From Phoronis australis (lineage: Eukaryota; Animalia; Phoronida): 64,000 nucleotides of DNA. Every line of letters starts with the position of its first letter. Position 1 is the stretch's first letter. This document shows, piece after piece, positions 38,901-50,990 of this stretch. The stretch covers positions 194,045 to 258,044 of the forward strand of contig NMRA01000198.1 of assembly GCA_002633005.1 (NCBI GenBank), in the 5' to 3' direction. The notes below the pieces were generated by a model. The model saw only the letters and a list, made by a program, of their open reading frames with translations, did not search any database and was not told where the DNA came from. Made by a program: the position numbers and the translations under genes.

Positions 38901-41900
38901 TCATGTTCTACAGGGCCACTTTTTAGTGTAAGTGGCGCTGTGTCAGAGTGTAGACGGGTAAGTACCTTTTAGTGGCTCCATTTAGTGGTAATCGGCTAAC
39001 ATTCACATTGCATGAATGGGATCACTATCGAGTTGACCTTTCTTCTCAAGTCTTGAGAAGGGACAATGTACAGTCATAGAAAACTTTAGTTAGACGTCTG
39101 TGCGGGTATGTTCGCGTACGAGCAAGTGCGTGTGCGTGTGTACACTGTCATACGAGAAGGCTCGAAGCAGATTAGCCAGTTTCGACCAATTTCACTGCTC
39201 AGCGTGGAAGGAAAGATCTACTTAGCAATCCTATCCGGCAGAATGACAGACTTCATGATCAAGAACAAGTATATTGACACATCTCCACAGAAAAGCGGGG
39301 CACCAGGATTTTCTGGATGCCTGGAACATAATTCTATTATAAGTGAACTCATACACCGAGCGAAGAAGGGCAAGAAGAATCTGTCTATGGTGTGGTTCGA
39401 CATGGCAAATGCGTACGGTTCGGTACCACATGTATTAGTTTATCGTGCCATGGACATCTACCACATTCCTGAGAAAGTCAAGAGTATAGTGAAGTCATAC
39501 TAAAGCTCCTGTGTGATGCGTTTCACGGTCGGCAACTTCACTACGAAGTGGCAACACATTGAAAAAGGCTGCACCATTTCAGTCATCCTGTTTATCATGG
39601 CAATGAATGTCCTGCTGAAGAGAGCCCAATCTGAGCGGAGAGGTCCCAAGCTACATGAAGTCAGACAGCCGTCATGTAGAGCTTTTGTTGACGACATTAC
39701 AATTGTGACAAAGTCACCAGTGGGAGCCAGAACAATTCTCCGTTGCCTAGAAGAGCTCACTAAATGGGCCCGTATGTCATTCAAGGTAGAGAAGTCCAGA
39801 TCACTAATTATCAACAGAGGCGTGTTGCTCAAGAGACAGACGTTTTCGATAGCAGGTTGCAGAATTTCAACAATAAGTGAACAACCAGTCAAGTGCCTTG
39901 GCAAGTACTATGATAGCAGCCTACGAGACACATCCCGCGTCAAGGATGTGAAAGCCCAGCTCAAGGTTTGGCTTGAGAAGATCGACAAAGACGGCATACC
40001 CGGAAGATTCAAGCTTTGGTGCTACAAGTTCATCTTGCTCCCGAAGCTTATGTGGCCACTGTTAATCTACGACTCACGTCGTCTTCAGCTGAGGAAATGG
40101 AAAGAGCAGCGAGCCGGTTCATTCGAAGGTGGCTTGGTCTACCTGCATCATTCAGCAACGTCGGGCTGTACTGCAAGTCATCGAAACTTGTTCTACCGGT
40201 CTCATCTGTGGTGGAGGAATATAAAGTTACCAAAGTGCGAGCCAGTATCACTCTGCAGAATACATCTGACCAGGCTATCAGTTGTTGCATCACCCAGTCA
40301 CGTACCGGCAGTAAGTGGTCCACCACGTCGGCAATCAGCGAAGCAGAAAGCCGGCTGAGGCACAAGCAATTAATAGGAAGTGCTTGCCAGGGTAGGCAAG
40401 GACTGGGCTACAAGACCGGGAATCCAGCAAGGAAGAGACTTAAAAACCCATACAGAGACAGAATAATCACAGAAGTTAGATTGTCAGAGAACGAAGGAAG
40501 GTATGCCCGAGCAGTTCAGATGGGTCAGCAGGGGGCGTGGACGAAGTGGGACAAAGTCTTGCAAAGGGAAATAAATTGGGGGGACTTGTGGAAGATGTCG
40601 CCTTTGAAAGCAAAGTTTCTCATCAGATATGTTTATGATGTACTGCCTACTCCCAGCAACCTTGCTATTTGGGGTCTTACTGACAACCCGAGCTGTATTC
40701 AGTGTGGACGCAGATGTTCTTTAGAACACATTCTGTCATATTGCAGCGTGTCTTTGGCATCAGGAAAGTACACCTACCGGCACAACCAGGTACTGAAAGT
40801 TTTCGCAAGGGTGTTGGTTGACGAAGTCAAGAGTAAACCAAAGTCAAGAAGCCACCGGATCGAATTTATCAGTTTCAGAAGAAGTGGCGATGAGGCAAGT
40901 AAGAAGAAGTCACCAGCGCAGAAAGGCATCCTTCACACAGCCAACGACTGGAAATTGTGGGTTGATCTTGCCGGTCACCAGTCATCCTTCCCACAGCACA
41001 TTGTCCAGACTACCCAGCGCCCTGACTTGATTCTTTATTCGGATAGTTCCCACCAGATCATCCTGATCGAGCTCACCATTCCGTGGGAGAGTAGGGTAGA
41101 AGAGGCACACGAGCGGAAGAACCTGAAATATACTGATCTGAGGAGTGACTGCCACGTTAACGGCTGGAGGTGTTGGAGTTTTTCTGTGGAGGTTGGTTGC
41201 CGTGGTTTTCCGGCCAGCTCGGTTACTGCTATGGCAAGGTCTCTGGGCGTCTCTGCGACAGGAAAGAAGGTTCATCTACGCGATGTGGTCACCGAAGCTG
41301 AACAGGCATCTTGTTGGATATGGATGAAGCACCAACAGCAATACCATCAACAACCGTCAGGCAGAGCCTGATCAACTCTGTTGTCCCGCCTACTAGAGAT
41401 GGTCTTGGCTTAGGGACGAAACCATTAAGGACAGTAGGAGACCAACTGAAGATGACTGTTGAGCACAGTTACATCAAGTGTTTAAAGTAAGTACGTCTAC
41501 GGATATAACGCAAATTACATCAATTTACTTTAGCTTATAGTGGTTGAAACGGTTTCGATGCCTTGATTTCTTTAGTTTTGGCTGAAAATAATTTTATTTG
41601 CGCATTGGTGTATGTATGTACATGTATGTATATATTATTTATAGTTATGATACCAGCATGATATAAACATACTGATAATGTTTGTGCCATGGATAACTAT
41701 GGTGATCATGGCATTAACGAAGACGACGATGATGGGATTGCCATTTAAACCTTTACCATGTGTGTACTCCTGCTATATACCTTTTCTTTCTTATGAATCA
41801 GTTTGAATTAACAATTCTTTGAAACAGTTAACGCACCTCCGCTGATTCAACCCATTTCAGGAATGCATTACTGGCCAAAACCGCCCACTAGAACCACATG

Positions 41901-43411
41901 TGACGATACCATGCCGTTTTTCTTGCTTTACAATGGTGGGCAATTGACTGCCTTTGGATGGATGCTCTTCGGCGACCTACAATCGGATTACTTTGAAAGA
42001 CCCAGTACTTCAGATGTCAAGGTAAAACTATCAACGCCTTTGTGAGTAACAAAATCCAGTAAAAACCGTCGTATTCATCCGTGAAATTTGAAAACTTCTT
42101 TTGAAGTCTGCTAATTGAGTAAACGTGACCTACGCTTTTAGCGAATTACACCGCAACTCTGGGAAAAATCCACTCACTAAGGACCATAATGTCCAATCTG
42201 TAACATAGGGAGTATGATTTTTTAGTTGAATCCTGCCTTAAACCTGGACAGTTGACGCCAATGATGAATTAGCATGTGACAGAACGAGGATTGGTTGAAA
42301 TCATCAAACACAGTTTATTATACCTTTAAGAATGCATCAACCATACTCGCGTGTTTTGCCGGGCGAGATTCTTGTGTCTTTGGAACGCACTCCTGTTCAT
42401 CTGCTGTGGGCTAAGGGTCTCACGTGACTGAATGCAGGCAATTGCCCCCCGCTTCGCTCTGAAGGTCATTTTTTGTGAAAGCAACAAAAGCGTAATCACG
42501 TAAGTCTTCGTGACTTAATAGCGAAGCATTTGATGACACTAGCTTTATTCACGAGTTTGTTAAGTCTATGGAACGCGCACCAGCTTGGTCTGATGTCTCA
42601 CCAGACAGTCCAGAGAGTTCAAAGTTGCCCTCTCTTTCAGAGTGTAACAATCTACAGTTGACTGTGCGACTCACCCGGCATACGCCGGTTCAGCCGGGGC
42701 TTCGTTCCGTTGACACAAGGAACTCGCAAGAAAAGATAGTGTGATCACTCTCTTGTAATTCTTGTCGTGATCTCGCGAAGATTTAGTTACCTTGCGTTTT
42801 CGCCAACCGGCTAAGACAAATTGTTTTTCGTGGGCCTATAGTCGTTATCCAAAACCAGTCAACTATTCCGGTACCCTGTGTCACATGACCATCTTTAGAG
42901 GAGATTGCCACGTGTATCACTGGCAGAATAGTTTATCATTCTGTATGGTTGTACCGTGCACCCATGGCCTTAATACAGTCACTAAGTACTCCGGAGTGTC
43001 CAGATTGTCCATCTTGCATGTGCGGCGCACCATTTGGGGGCTGGAAGGGCAACCACCACTTTTTTTCAGCGCTACACCGCCCATGGTCTATGGGCGGTTC
43101 GCCAGAGGGGGGCTGGGGTTAATAGCCCGCCCCCCACTTTTTCAGTGCTGCGTCGCCCATGTCTTGTTACAGAGTTGACTCAGTCATATCAAAATACGCG
43201 TGCTTGCTGTACTAATTCCCTGCTTTTCATGCATATTGGCAAGATACATGTCTACAACTATTTTACCGTTTTACCAAGTCTAAATATGTTTGAAACTTAA
43301 TTTCAGAAAAACATGATAAACATTCCGCCATGCCTTGATAACGACCGTCTCACTGGCCCTCTCCGAACCATGCACGTCTATTTAGATTCGCCATACGACA
43401 ACTTCTGCTGA
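29997..43411 (+). CDS. 7-exon gene for an uncharacterised secreted ~258-aa protein with an internal two-fold repeat. Exons: 29997-30069, 36054-36137, 36507-36607, 37897-37990, 38376-38534, 41861-42021, 43307-43411
   Basis: All introns are GT-AG with matching phases (1,1,0,1,1,0), giving a 777-nt open CDS from ATG to TGA. Signal peptide MAASVIVAASLILAFALSTDA. Motifs MPRT..DA..AGW, FRGNRY, MLLFANEGRLAGMQ, TAYFVDP..IC, W..GKC.YWMGMHY, PFFLLYNGGQL.AFGW, TMHVYL. A small additional exon in intron 1 cannot be excluded. Confidence 0.85.
30205..32907 (-). mobile_element. I-group (Ingi/Nimb-like) LINE fragment, APE + RT, degenerate, in intron 1
   Basis: THL...FLIRGY, ILGDFNGHSPSWG, GGSDHLP (APE); KKAPGKDGI, SSYRPISL, QSGF, LPQGSIIS, HADDL, LGVKLDKRL, WGA, VRPQVEYAS (RT). 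Many stops and frameshifts. Confidence 0.88.
39150..41485 (+). mobile_element. HERO-like (R2-group) non-LTR retrotransposon with restriction-like endonuclease, 5'-truncated and inactive, in intron 5
   Basis: QFRPISLLSVEGKI, WFDMANAYGSVPH, GCTIS, RAFVDDI; CxxC..HILSxC, RHNQVL; RPDLIL..IILIELTIPWE..EAHERK..KY. TAA at 39501-39503 and a frameshift near 40070. Confidence 0.9.
43017..43161. mobile_element. Small MITE with CATG termini and 5-bp TSD
   Basis: Imperfect TIR catgtgcggcgcacca / tgctgcgtcgcccatg, flanked by TCTTG on both sides. Confidence 0.7.
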
Positions 43412-43563
43412 GCGGATTCGTTACGGAAAATAGTTGATGCTTCACTGCTTTTCTTTATTGACTATTCAAGGCATAGTACATTTTTAACAAATGCTAAATC
43501 ACTTGTTTTGCTGGCGCAAACGAATATGATTTGTATTTTTATGCAAATTTATATTACTCATAA

Positions 43564-44790
43564 CGCCATTATTTGTGCATTTTATTCGTACGTATAATTT
43601 GGTTTCTCCTCTTCCGGTTGCTGTTCGACGAAATACAGACATTCATGTAAGCCTAGTCTTCTTTTATTATTACTGCCGTGGTGGCAGTAGCAATGGAACC
43701 ACGAACAGAGCACTGAAGCAGTGGTGTTTGACTAAAAGTTAAAATATCACCGGTTTTGATAACTGGAGGAACAATATAACGTACGTGTTATCACTCGACC
43801 TGAATTTTGCGGACTTTCTGCATGCCAATTACGCGTGGCAAAAAGCTAAAATCCCCTTTTGGGGTTTAGTTGACGCACGCACAGCCCGTTAGAAACTAAC
43901 TCATGTTAGACCAATTTCGCTTTGCTTCAGTCGCCCCAACGCAAGGGTCGGTTACCTGTGTACTCACCGACAAAGCTCCAAGACCTCGAACAGAAGTTTC
44001 ACGGCCTTGTTTCACTCGGTGTCTTTAATCGTGCCGAAGATGTGAAGGTCCAAGTTGAGTATCTAAACCCATCCTTTCTGGTGAAAAAGGCCAGCAGTAG
44101 ATTTCGACCCGTGACAGCTTTTGCGGATGTTGGAAGATATGCCAAACCCCAACCATCACTCATGCTCGATGTGGATTCGGTTCTACGCAAAATTGCCCAG
44201 TGGCGATTTATAGCCAAGACGGACTTCACGAGTGCCTTTTATCAAAATTAATTCCACTGTCTCGTGAGTCCATGAAGTACTTCGGCGTGGTAACCCCCTT
44301 CCATGGTATTTGTGTCTATGCCAGATGTGCTATGGGGATGCCGGGTTCAGAAACAGCATTAGAAGAGCTTACCTGCCACTTGATGTCCCGTCCGAAGTAG
44401 TTGATGTGCCTCCCCCGACGCTCTACGAGCCCCCGTCGCCTTCCAGGACTTTGTTTTGAATTAATGTTTGTTCTNGTCCGAAGTAGTTGATGTGCCTCCC
44501 CCGACGCTCTACGAGCCCCCGTCGCCTTCCAGGACTTTGTTTTGAATTAATGTTTGTTCTTATAGTTCGTCACTATACCCCTTTTGTGTTTATAAACCTT
44601 AAGTACTGTGGACTTTCTCCGTTATAGTTCTGAAGCTCGCACGAACTTTGTTCATTTGAAGTTGAAGAGACGTTTAGCCATTATTTGTGTACTTTATTCG
44701 TACGTATAATTTGGTTTCTTACCTTCCGGTTGCTGTTCGACGAAATACAGACGTTCGTGTAAGCCTAGTAGTCTTTTATTATTACTGGCG
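43564..44790 (+). mobile_element. Internally deleted LTR-type retroelement with ~115-bp LTRs (43564-43678, ~44677-44790)
   Basis: Direct repeats gccattatttgtg...ttattattactg; PBS-like TGGTGGCAG at 43679; gag-like RALKQWCLTK..WRNNITYVLSLD; [46 protein letters not shown]; purine-rich gaagttgaagaga before the 3' LTR; TAA on both flanks. Confidence 0.85.
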
Positions 44791-45430
44791 TAACTATGTT
44801 ATATAAATAGCGATAAAGTAAAACAAACAATGTAATTTGTTCGTGTTGAAAGTAACAAAATATATGTAGGGCCGTAAATAGAGGGAACTAGATAGGGGCG
44901 AATCTTGGAGGCAACCAGCACTATTTAGGAGGTCCCGTGGACAGTTTCCTTCTCCCAGATTTGACAAAAATGATTCGAGAAAGACACAGAGAAACACGTA
45001 GAAGAGATATAATCGAATCAAATCGCGAGGTCACGGGGCGGAGCATTTTGTTAGGGTTCTCCAAGTTAGCATTTTGCAGCATACGTCGACTACGCACTTG
45101 AAGCGGTTGCTGCACAACACTTCCAAGTACTCCAAGAAAACATGGTTTTGGATAAGACTTTATTCAGAGTCAAGATAATTCAAAGCTCAATTTTCTCCGG
45201 ATCCCTCTCTGGAAAATTAACTGTGTGTTTTATGGAGTTCAAGGAGATAAAGCCACCGTCACTTTAAAACAAACAAATTGTGGACGTTTGTTGAAGGAAG
45301 GCCCCAGATCAGCTGTGGGACATCCCAAGTTGCTTCCTAGGATTCAAACTCTGACGCCATTGATATCGTCTAAAGCCTTTGGTACAAGGCACTACAAAAT
45401 TAATCTCCTTGGCGTTCTCAGGTGTTTTCG

Positions 45431-48400
45431 TCAATCTGTCGGGTCAAAGAACATCCCATTTTGAAAGAATTTGTCTACTAGAATGAATGCGGCAATCATA
45501 AAACCATGCAAATGGTAACGCCAGGAGGTGGCTCGATTAGTGTTATCTGTCGTGGGTTCAGGGCTGATTTCAGGACTATCTTTAATGAACTTGCTGACGA
45601 CGGTCAAAGAACCATTAATCGGCTTAGGTGTAAGTCCGGCCAGTTTACACGTCAATGGGCACACGTCGACACTATGAAACGGCTCAGAAACAAACCCCTT
45701 TTTAAAGTTTGGTCCCATGGCGAGGAAGAAAGCCTTCATATTCATCAAGTCGTTATCGTAGCCGTATCCACCGATGTATGTCCACCGTGCATTATACTGC
45801 AAACAAAAAGTTGAAAGCACCGAAGGGGGTTACTCGGCAAAACAGGTCTAACCCAGCTATCAATTTCACGTCTCGAGAAAAGTTTTGAATATCAGTAAGT
45901 CTTTATCCACAATTTTGGGCTTTTGTAGAAACTCCCATGAATTGGCGGTTGTTGGTCACGTGGTACCCATGACTTGTCGCCACGTGAATTAGCTGTAAAC
46001 AGTTGGGAGGTGTGACATAGTTGCATATTTTTAGAATGTGACTTCGTAAAGTGTATTATGCAACTTATTAAAGATGCCTTTCCCATTTATTTAGTGAAAA
46101 CTGCATAAAATTAAACCAAAATACGTTCTTTCAGCAATACACCATCATTGGCTTTCAAAGTAAACAGGGCTGTATTGTAAGTGTAATCTTTAAATTTCTG
46201 TTAGCCCTACATGTATGAATTTGATAATAAAACACAAGGGTTGTGTTCCACAAAATGTTCTTTTTATTAGCGATCTCTCGTTATTGGTGTAATTGTCTGT
46301 CATTTAATGGGCGAAAACGAAAGACATGTTGACTTTAATTTGAGACATGTGCCAAATAGTACAGAGTATCTTTGAAGCCCATCTTGAACATACATTTAAA
46401 TTTGGTTACGATAAGAGCATCGGTCTGAGCCCACCAATGCCATAAATTGGCAAATGTAGTGACCTGTTAGAGCATTTTCCAATCTACAAAAAATCCATCC
46501 CTCCAGAATACATATTAGGAGTATCTCAACTGCTATGTCAAAAAAGTTTTCTCACATTTTCCAAATTGTCCAATGCAACTTCAGATTGTGTTTGGCGACC
46601 TCGAAAAATCCCAAGTCGCAACGAAGTCACCAAAGTCAGACAATAGTTCCCCGAAATTCGTTTGAAAATTTGTGGTGATTTTAAAACTTTACATTAAAAA
46701 CATTTTGCCTTTGGTTCACAGTTGTTCTGTTTATTTTGTGAAATAAGTGCATATGCCACCCTCAGCAGCCAGCACACAGAGTAAGCAAACAGACTGAAGT
46801 CGAAATTATTCGGCAAAAATCGAACAAGGTCATACTACGAAACACGCGACTGTAGTGTATCCGATTGTCCGCGTTCTTCATGGCAGGATGAAATTGAGTT
46901 AGACTTAGAGAATGGATGATGCATTTACAGGGAGAAATGGAAGAAGTATGCGTAATTTTGTGCGAACGGAGAACGGCACGACGTTCTTTTTTGGTAGACT
47001 GGTTTTGACGTCAGTTTGGCGTACTTACATGTATATTTCGTTTGGCTACCAGGGATTTTCGTAATGTCGCATTTGACGACTCGGATTCGTGAGAGCAGCT
47101 TTTAAATGTGTAAATTACCTGTCTCTGTTGAAGAACCCTTTGAAATCTCAAAATATTTAAACGCGTTTAGCTTACGTTGACAACTTGCCAGCCTTCGGCA
47201 GGCCTGATGACAATTTCCGGTATTCTGGAATTTTGCTTATAATGCAGCCTCTCTGGGATGTCCTTCTTTAGGTAGACCGTCATGTTTGGGTGAGCATTCT
47301 TCAGCGCGTTGTACGACTCCATTGTCTTGTTTCTGTTTTGGTATTCCATGACCTATTGTGCCAGTTATAGGAACTGACTGGACGAGGGCTGGCATATTAA
47401 CAACTTTGGAGATGTTGATCATCTTCTTTCTGGGGTCTATATTGGTCATCCCGTGGTCACTGGTCAGAATGATGTTTACCTTGTCCAGAAGATCATAATT
47501 CCCGAAGGTGTCAAGAAGATAACCTAGCACTGCATCCAGGTCCTCAATCTTACCGAGTAACTATTCAGAATCCGGACCGTAACTAACATTGAAAAACGGA
47601 ACGCACTGCAAGTAAGCGTTTTTTAAAGATACAGTGTACGTTTACATGTAATAGAAACCTTGCACAACTAGAACGATTTTTTCAAGCGACCAAAACTTAT
47701 GATTCAGTGCGGGAGAGAATCAAGGCTGCTGGCGTCTAGTTTTTGATGTAGTGTCAAAAGAGAAAAGTGGGCTTTGTATTCAATTGCTTTTTTCACATCA
47801 CTATGATATGATGAAAAATCAACATCATCCATGACATGAACATTCAGAATGGCACAGTTACTGTAACCTCGACACACAAGCAGCGATACGTAAAAGGTAT
47901 CTCCATTGTTTTGACATAGACAAATATCAATACGTTTGACACTTTTGTGGAAGGAGTGAGGGTCAGGAAAGTATGCAGTCGTAAGAATTTCGTAAATTTT
48001 AGAATGTTGTTTCAACTTCATTGGTTATCCGAACAGTCCTTGCGACGAAATGACACTTTGCTTCAATGTTATCGAATCGCAATAACTTTTACTGTCTGGT
48101 GATTTTCTGAGCCTAATCTCTAAACGCAGACTTGACTCAGATTCAGACTACAAATTTAACCAATCACGTTCTGTGATTCGAGTAGAAACTTATAACTTTA
48201 ACTAATCACTTTGCATAATTGAGTAGAAATTTGCAAGTTTACGCGAGGCATGCCATGCAATTGGTCAATTTGGAGTGCCGTTTCGAGTACCCCGGGCGCT
48301 GATTAATAATTTTGTATGATGAATCGTTAATGCTAATTTCAACTGCCATGATTGACACTCGCAGTGCTTCGACAGATTTCAGCCAGTAGTCATCTAAACC

Positions 48401-48837
48401 AATAGGCTTATGTTAATTGCTTTTTAATTTTCATCAGAAAGAATGGCATTGTTTTACTGAAAGCCAATAGACTTGAAATGTTGGACACATGGTCTTCCAA
48501 CTGCAAGTGTGGCATGTTGGGCGCGAGAACGTGCCCTCTCTAGAATGCAATTTATACCTAGATATTTTGCTCCTCCAGAACCAGTCATAAGAAAATATTG
48601 GAATATGTTCATTAAAAGGGTTAATTACAGTATACAGAAATCTACTTAAACTCATTACTCATGACCCGCAGTATCAAGTTCGTAAAAGTAGATGGTAGTG
48701 ACATCCATCTCTTCGCTTGTAAACCACCGTCTCACTTCGTCCACGCGGTCTCTAAACACGGTCTTTTTGTCGTAATGTTTATAAAGATTTGGCCTGAAAC
48801 CTTGCAGCTCCACTTCGCTGCCAGGCGCTGTTCATAC
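45431..48837 (-). pseudogene. ENPP5-like pseudogene copy C (exons 48837-48659, 47582-47176, 45796-45431)
   Basis: PGSEVELQGFRP..RDRVDEV..WF..IYFYELDTAGH|DYGPDSE*..NIILTSDHGMT..NALKNAHPNMTVY..IPERLHY..AEGW..GGYGYDN..MKAFFLAMGPNFK. Splice phases are consistent. Lesions: premature TAG (TGG in copy B), frameshifts near 48825 and 47330, and GxHGYDN His replaced by Tyr. Confidence 0.9.
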
Positions 48838-50896
48838 CTAGAAAACAACAACATGGCCTTAGAAGGGGAAGATTCATGTAGCATGCCCCTAGCCAGCAAC
48901 TGGTGTGCGAAATTGTACGTGTAGCGATCCTTTTTCTTCCAGCCCCCCCCCCCCCACATTGCCATTATTTACACTCTCCGGAATCTCTCATTCTTTAAAA
49001 TCAGCTGAACTACTCAACTTTTCGGTGGAACCATTAAGAGTGCTAGCGGAAGTTTTACACCGGTAAACAAAAGCACGTCATCTATTAGTTGGTTCCCTCA
49101 TGTGTGATAAAGAAAATAAACAATGGGTTTTTGGTTTGTTTCCAAGCAGCAGTCGATGGAAAGGCCATACCATCTCGTATTTTACAGTCCTTGACTATAC
49201 GGACAGTCTAAAGGTCTTTTACTCCATGAAGGGGCTTCAATGATTTTCCCAAATATGTGTCTATGCTGTTGAAATCGGTTGACGTCAAGTTTTATCCAAT
49301 TTGACTACTGCTGGCCCCATAGTGGCGGTTTCTACTACTATTATTCATTGATGAAATTTCATGAAATTCAACTAAAATGCTTCTTAATCCGCGAGACGAT
49401 GCCTCGTGCATATGCATGTTTTCGAACGATTCTGACCCGTATTACCCCACCCCAGTGAAGGTTTAGAGATCATTCATGTGCCCCCGCTCAGTGGCTAACT
49501 AATGCAGTGTCCCGGTAACGAACACCTTTTTACATGGCAATTGTTTTATGAAATATATAAAGCCATTTCAATCTGAGTCTTGCCAATTCTACTGCATTCT
49601 AATTACTCAATTCATTCCACCAAAAACTGAGTTCGTCACTTGTTTTTACACTTCCTGTTAGAGATAAAATGTCAGCTCTTAGAATATTGAACGCATGTGT
49701 TCCAAATTTTCAAGGTAGTTGATGATTAGATCTTACACGTTGAAGGGATCTCGATACAGTAAAGTTAATATGCAAGAAAAATGTTCCTATTAACATGTTA
49801 TGACAATAAGTAACTTAGAAAGTACTTTAGAAAATTTCAGCACCATCACCAACAACACGCCAAGTTTGAAAGAGGACACGCACAACTGTTACCATGGCGA
49901 CTGAGTACTATAAAAACGTTTCTCCATTAACTAGAATTTCAAAAGCAAGACTATTCAAAATCAAGATGATTTAGTGATGCATAATTTGAGTAAAGTTCAC
50001 ATGTCATAATCCAAATGTAGCCTATTATTCACATTTTTGTCGCTTCGATATTAATTTTAAATAGACAAGAACAACTACAAAACCTGATTCAAAAGCACAA
50101 TTTATCCATAAAATTTAGAAAGAAATGTATTATAGTACGTAATCAGGTTATTCCTTATTCGGAAAAGCAGTGATTTCTGCTCTTCAGGAAAAACTGGGAG
50201 TTTGACATATTCAGCCGATTTCATAAAGGGGGTTTAAAGTTAAACCAGGTTTAAACTGGACTTAGACCAGGTCAGTTTCCATTTCACTAACGAAGTATAT
50301 ATTACTTAGACCGGTATTAAGACCTTAAACCAGGTTTAACTTTAGACTTGGTCAGGCCCAGGTTTAATACTATTAAATATGGCAGACTTGTACGATATAG
50401 GTTCAGCTGCGATGTGCATTAACGACGCAGTTTCAGAGCGAGAATGGATTATTTTCAATATTCAGTCTTAGGACGACACAAGATCAAACGTAACAGGGGG
50501 ACCAAGAATTTTTAAAGGGGGTGGCTCGGATCAAGAACTTTTAAAAGAAGGGCCTGGGTCAGAACAATTTGAATATTTTAGATTTGATATCACTAAAATC
50601 AAGGGAAAAGGGGTGCGAACCCCTTGAACCCCTGGATCCGCCTATGCTTAGATCAGTACGTACTGAAAGCTATCTGAAGGGTATCCTTCGGATTCCTCGG
50701 AATATGACGTTTCGAGCACAGCGTCATCGTCGCAAGCGCTACGCGTATGACTAAAAGGGCATCTAATGATTATTCTGGCCGAGTTCCATCTCAATAGGTC
50801 CCCTATTTAAGGTTGCCGAGCAGGGTTCCTGCCCCAGTGGCGGATTTAGAGGGTGGCAAGGGGTGATGCCCCCCTAAATTTCTCCCAGATTCTATT

Positions 50897-50990
50897 TGGC
50901 ATTTCGGGGGTGCGAATGTCTGACGGGCAAAATCCTGGCTAAAACTCTGTCCTGGCCCCCCCTAATTCAAAATCCTGGATCCGCCCCTGT
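50897..50990. repeat. MITE-type terminal fragment, inverted copy of ~1160-1250
   Basis: caggggcggatcca.gattttga.ttagg.ggggcca.gacagagt.ttagccaggat.ttgcccgtcagacattcgcacc occurs on opposite strands at the two sites. Confidence 0.75.

Noticed and set aside
41395-41462. Possible hammerhead in the HERO 3' UTR (GACGAAAC ... CTGAAGA)
   Set aside because: Stem II cannot close and the cleavage triplet is not correctly placed. At most this is a structured 3' UTR.
44390-44560. 85-bp perfect tandem duplication in the LTR element
   Set aside because: Two identical copies are separated by a single n at 44475, which indicates a contig-overlap artefact.
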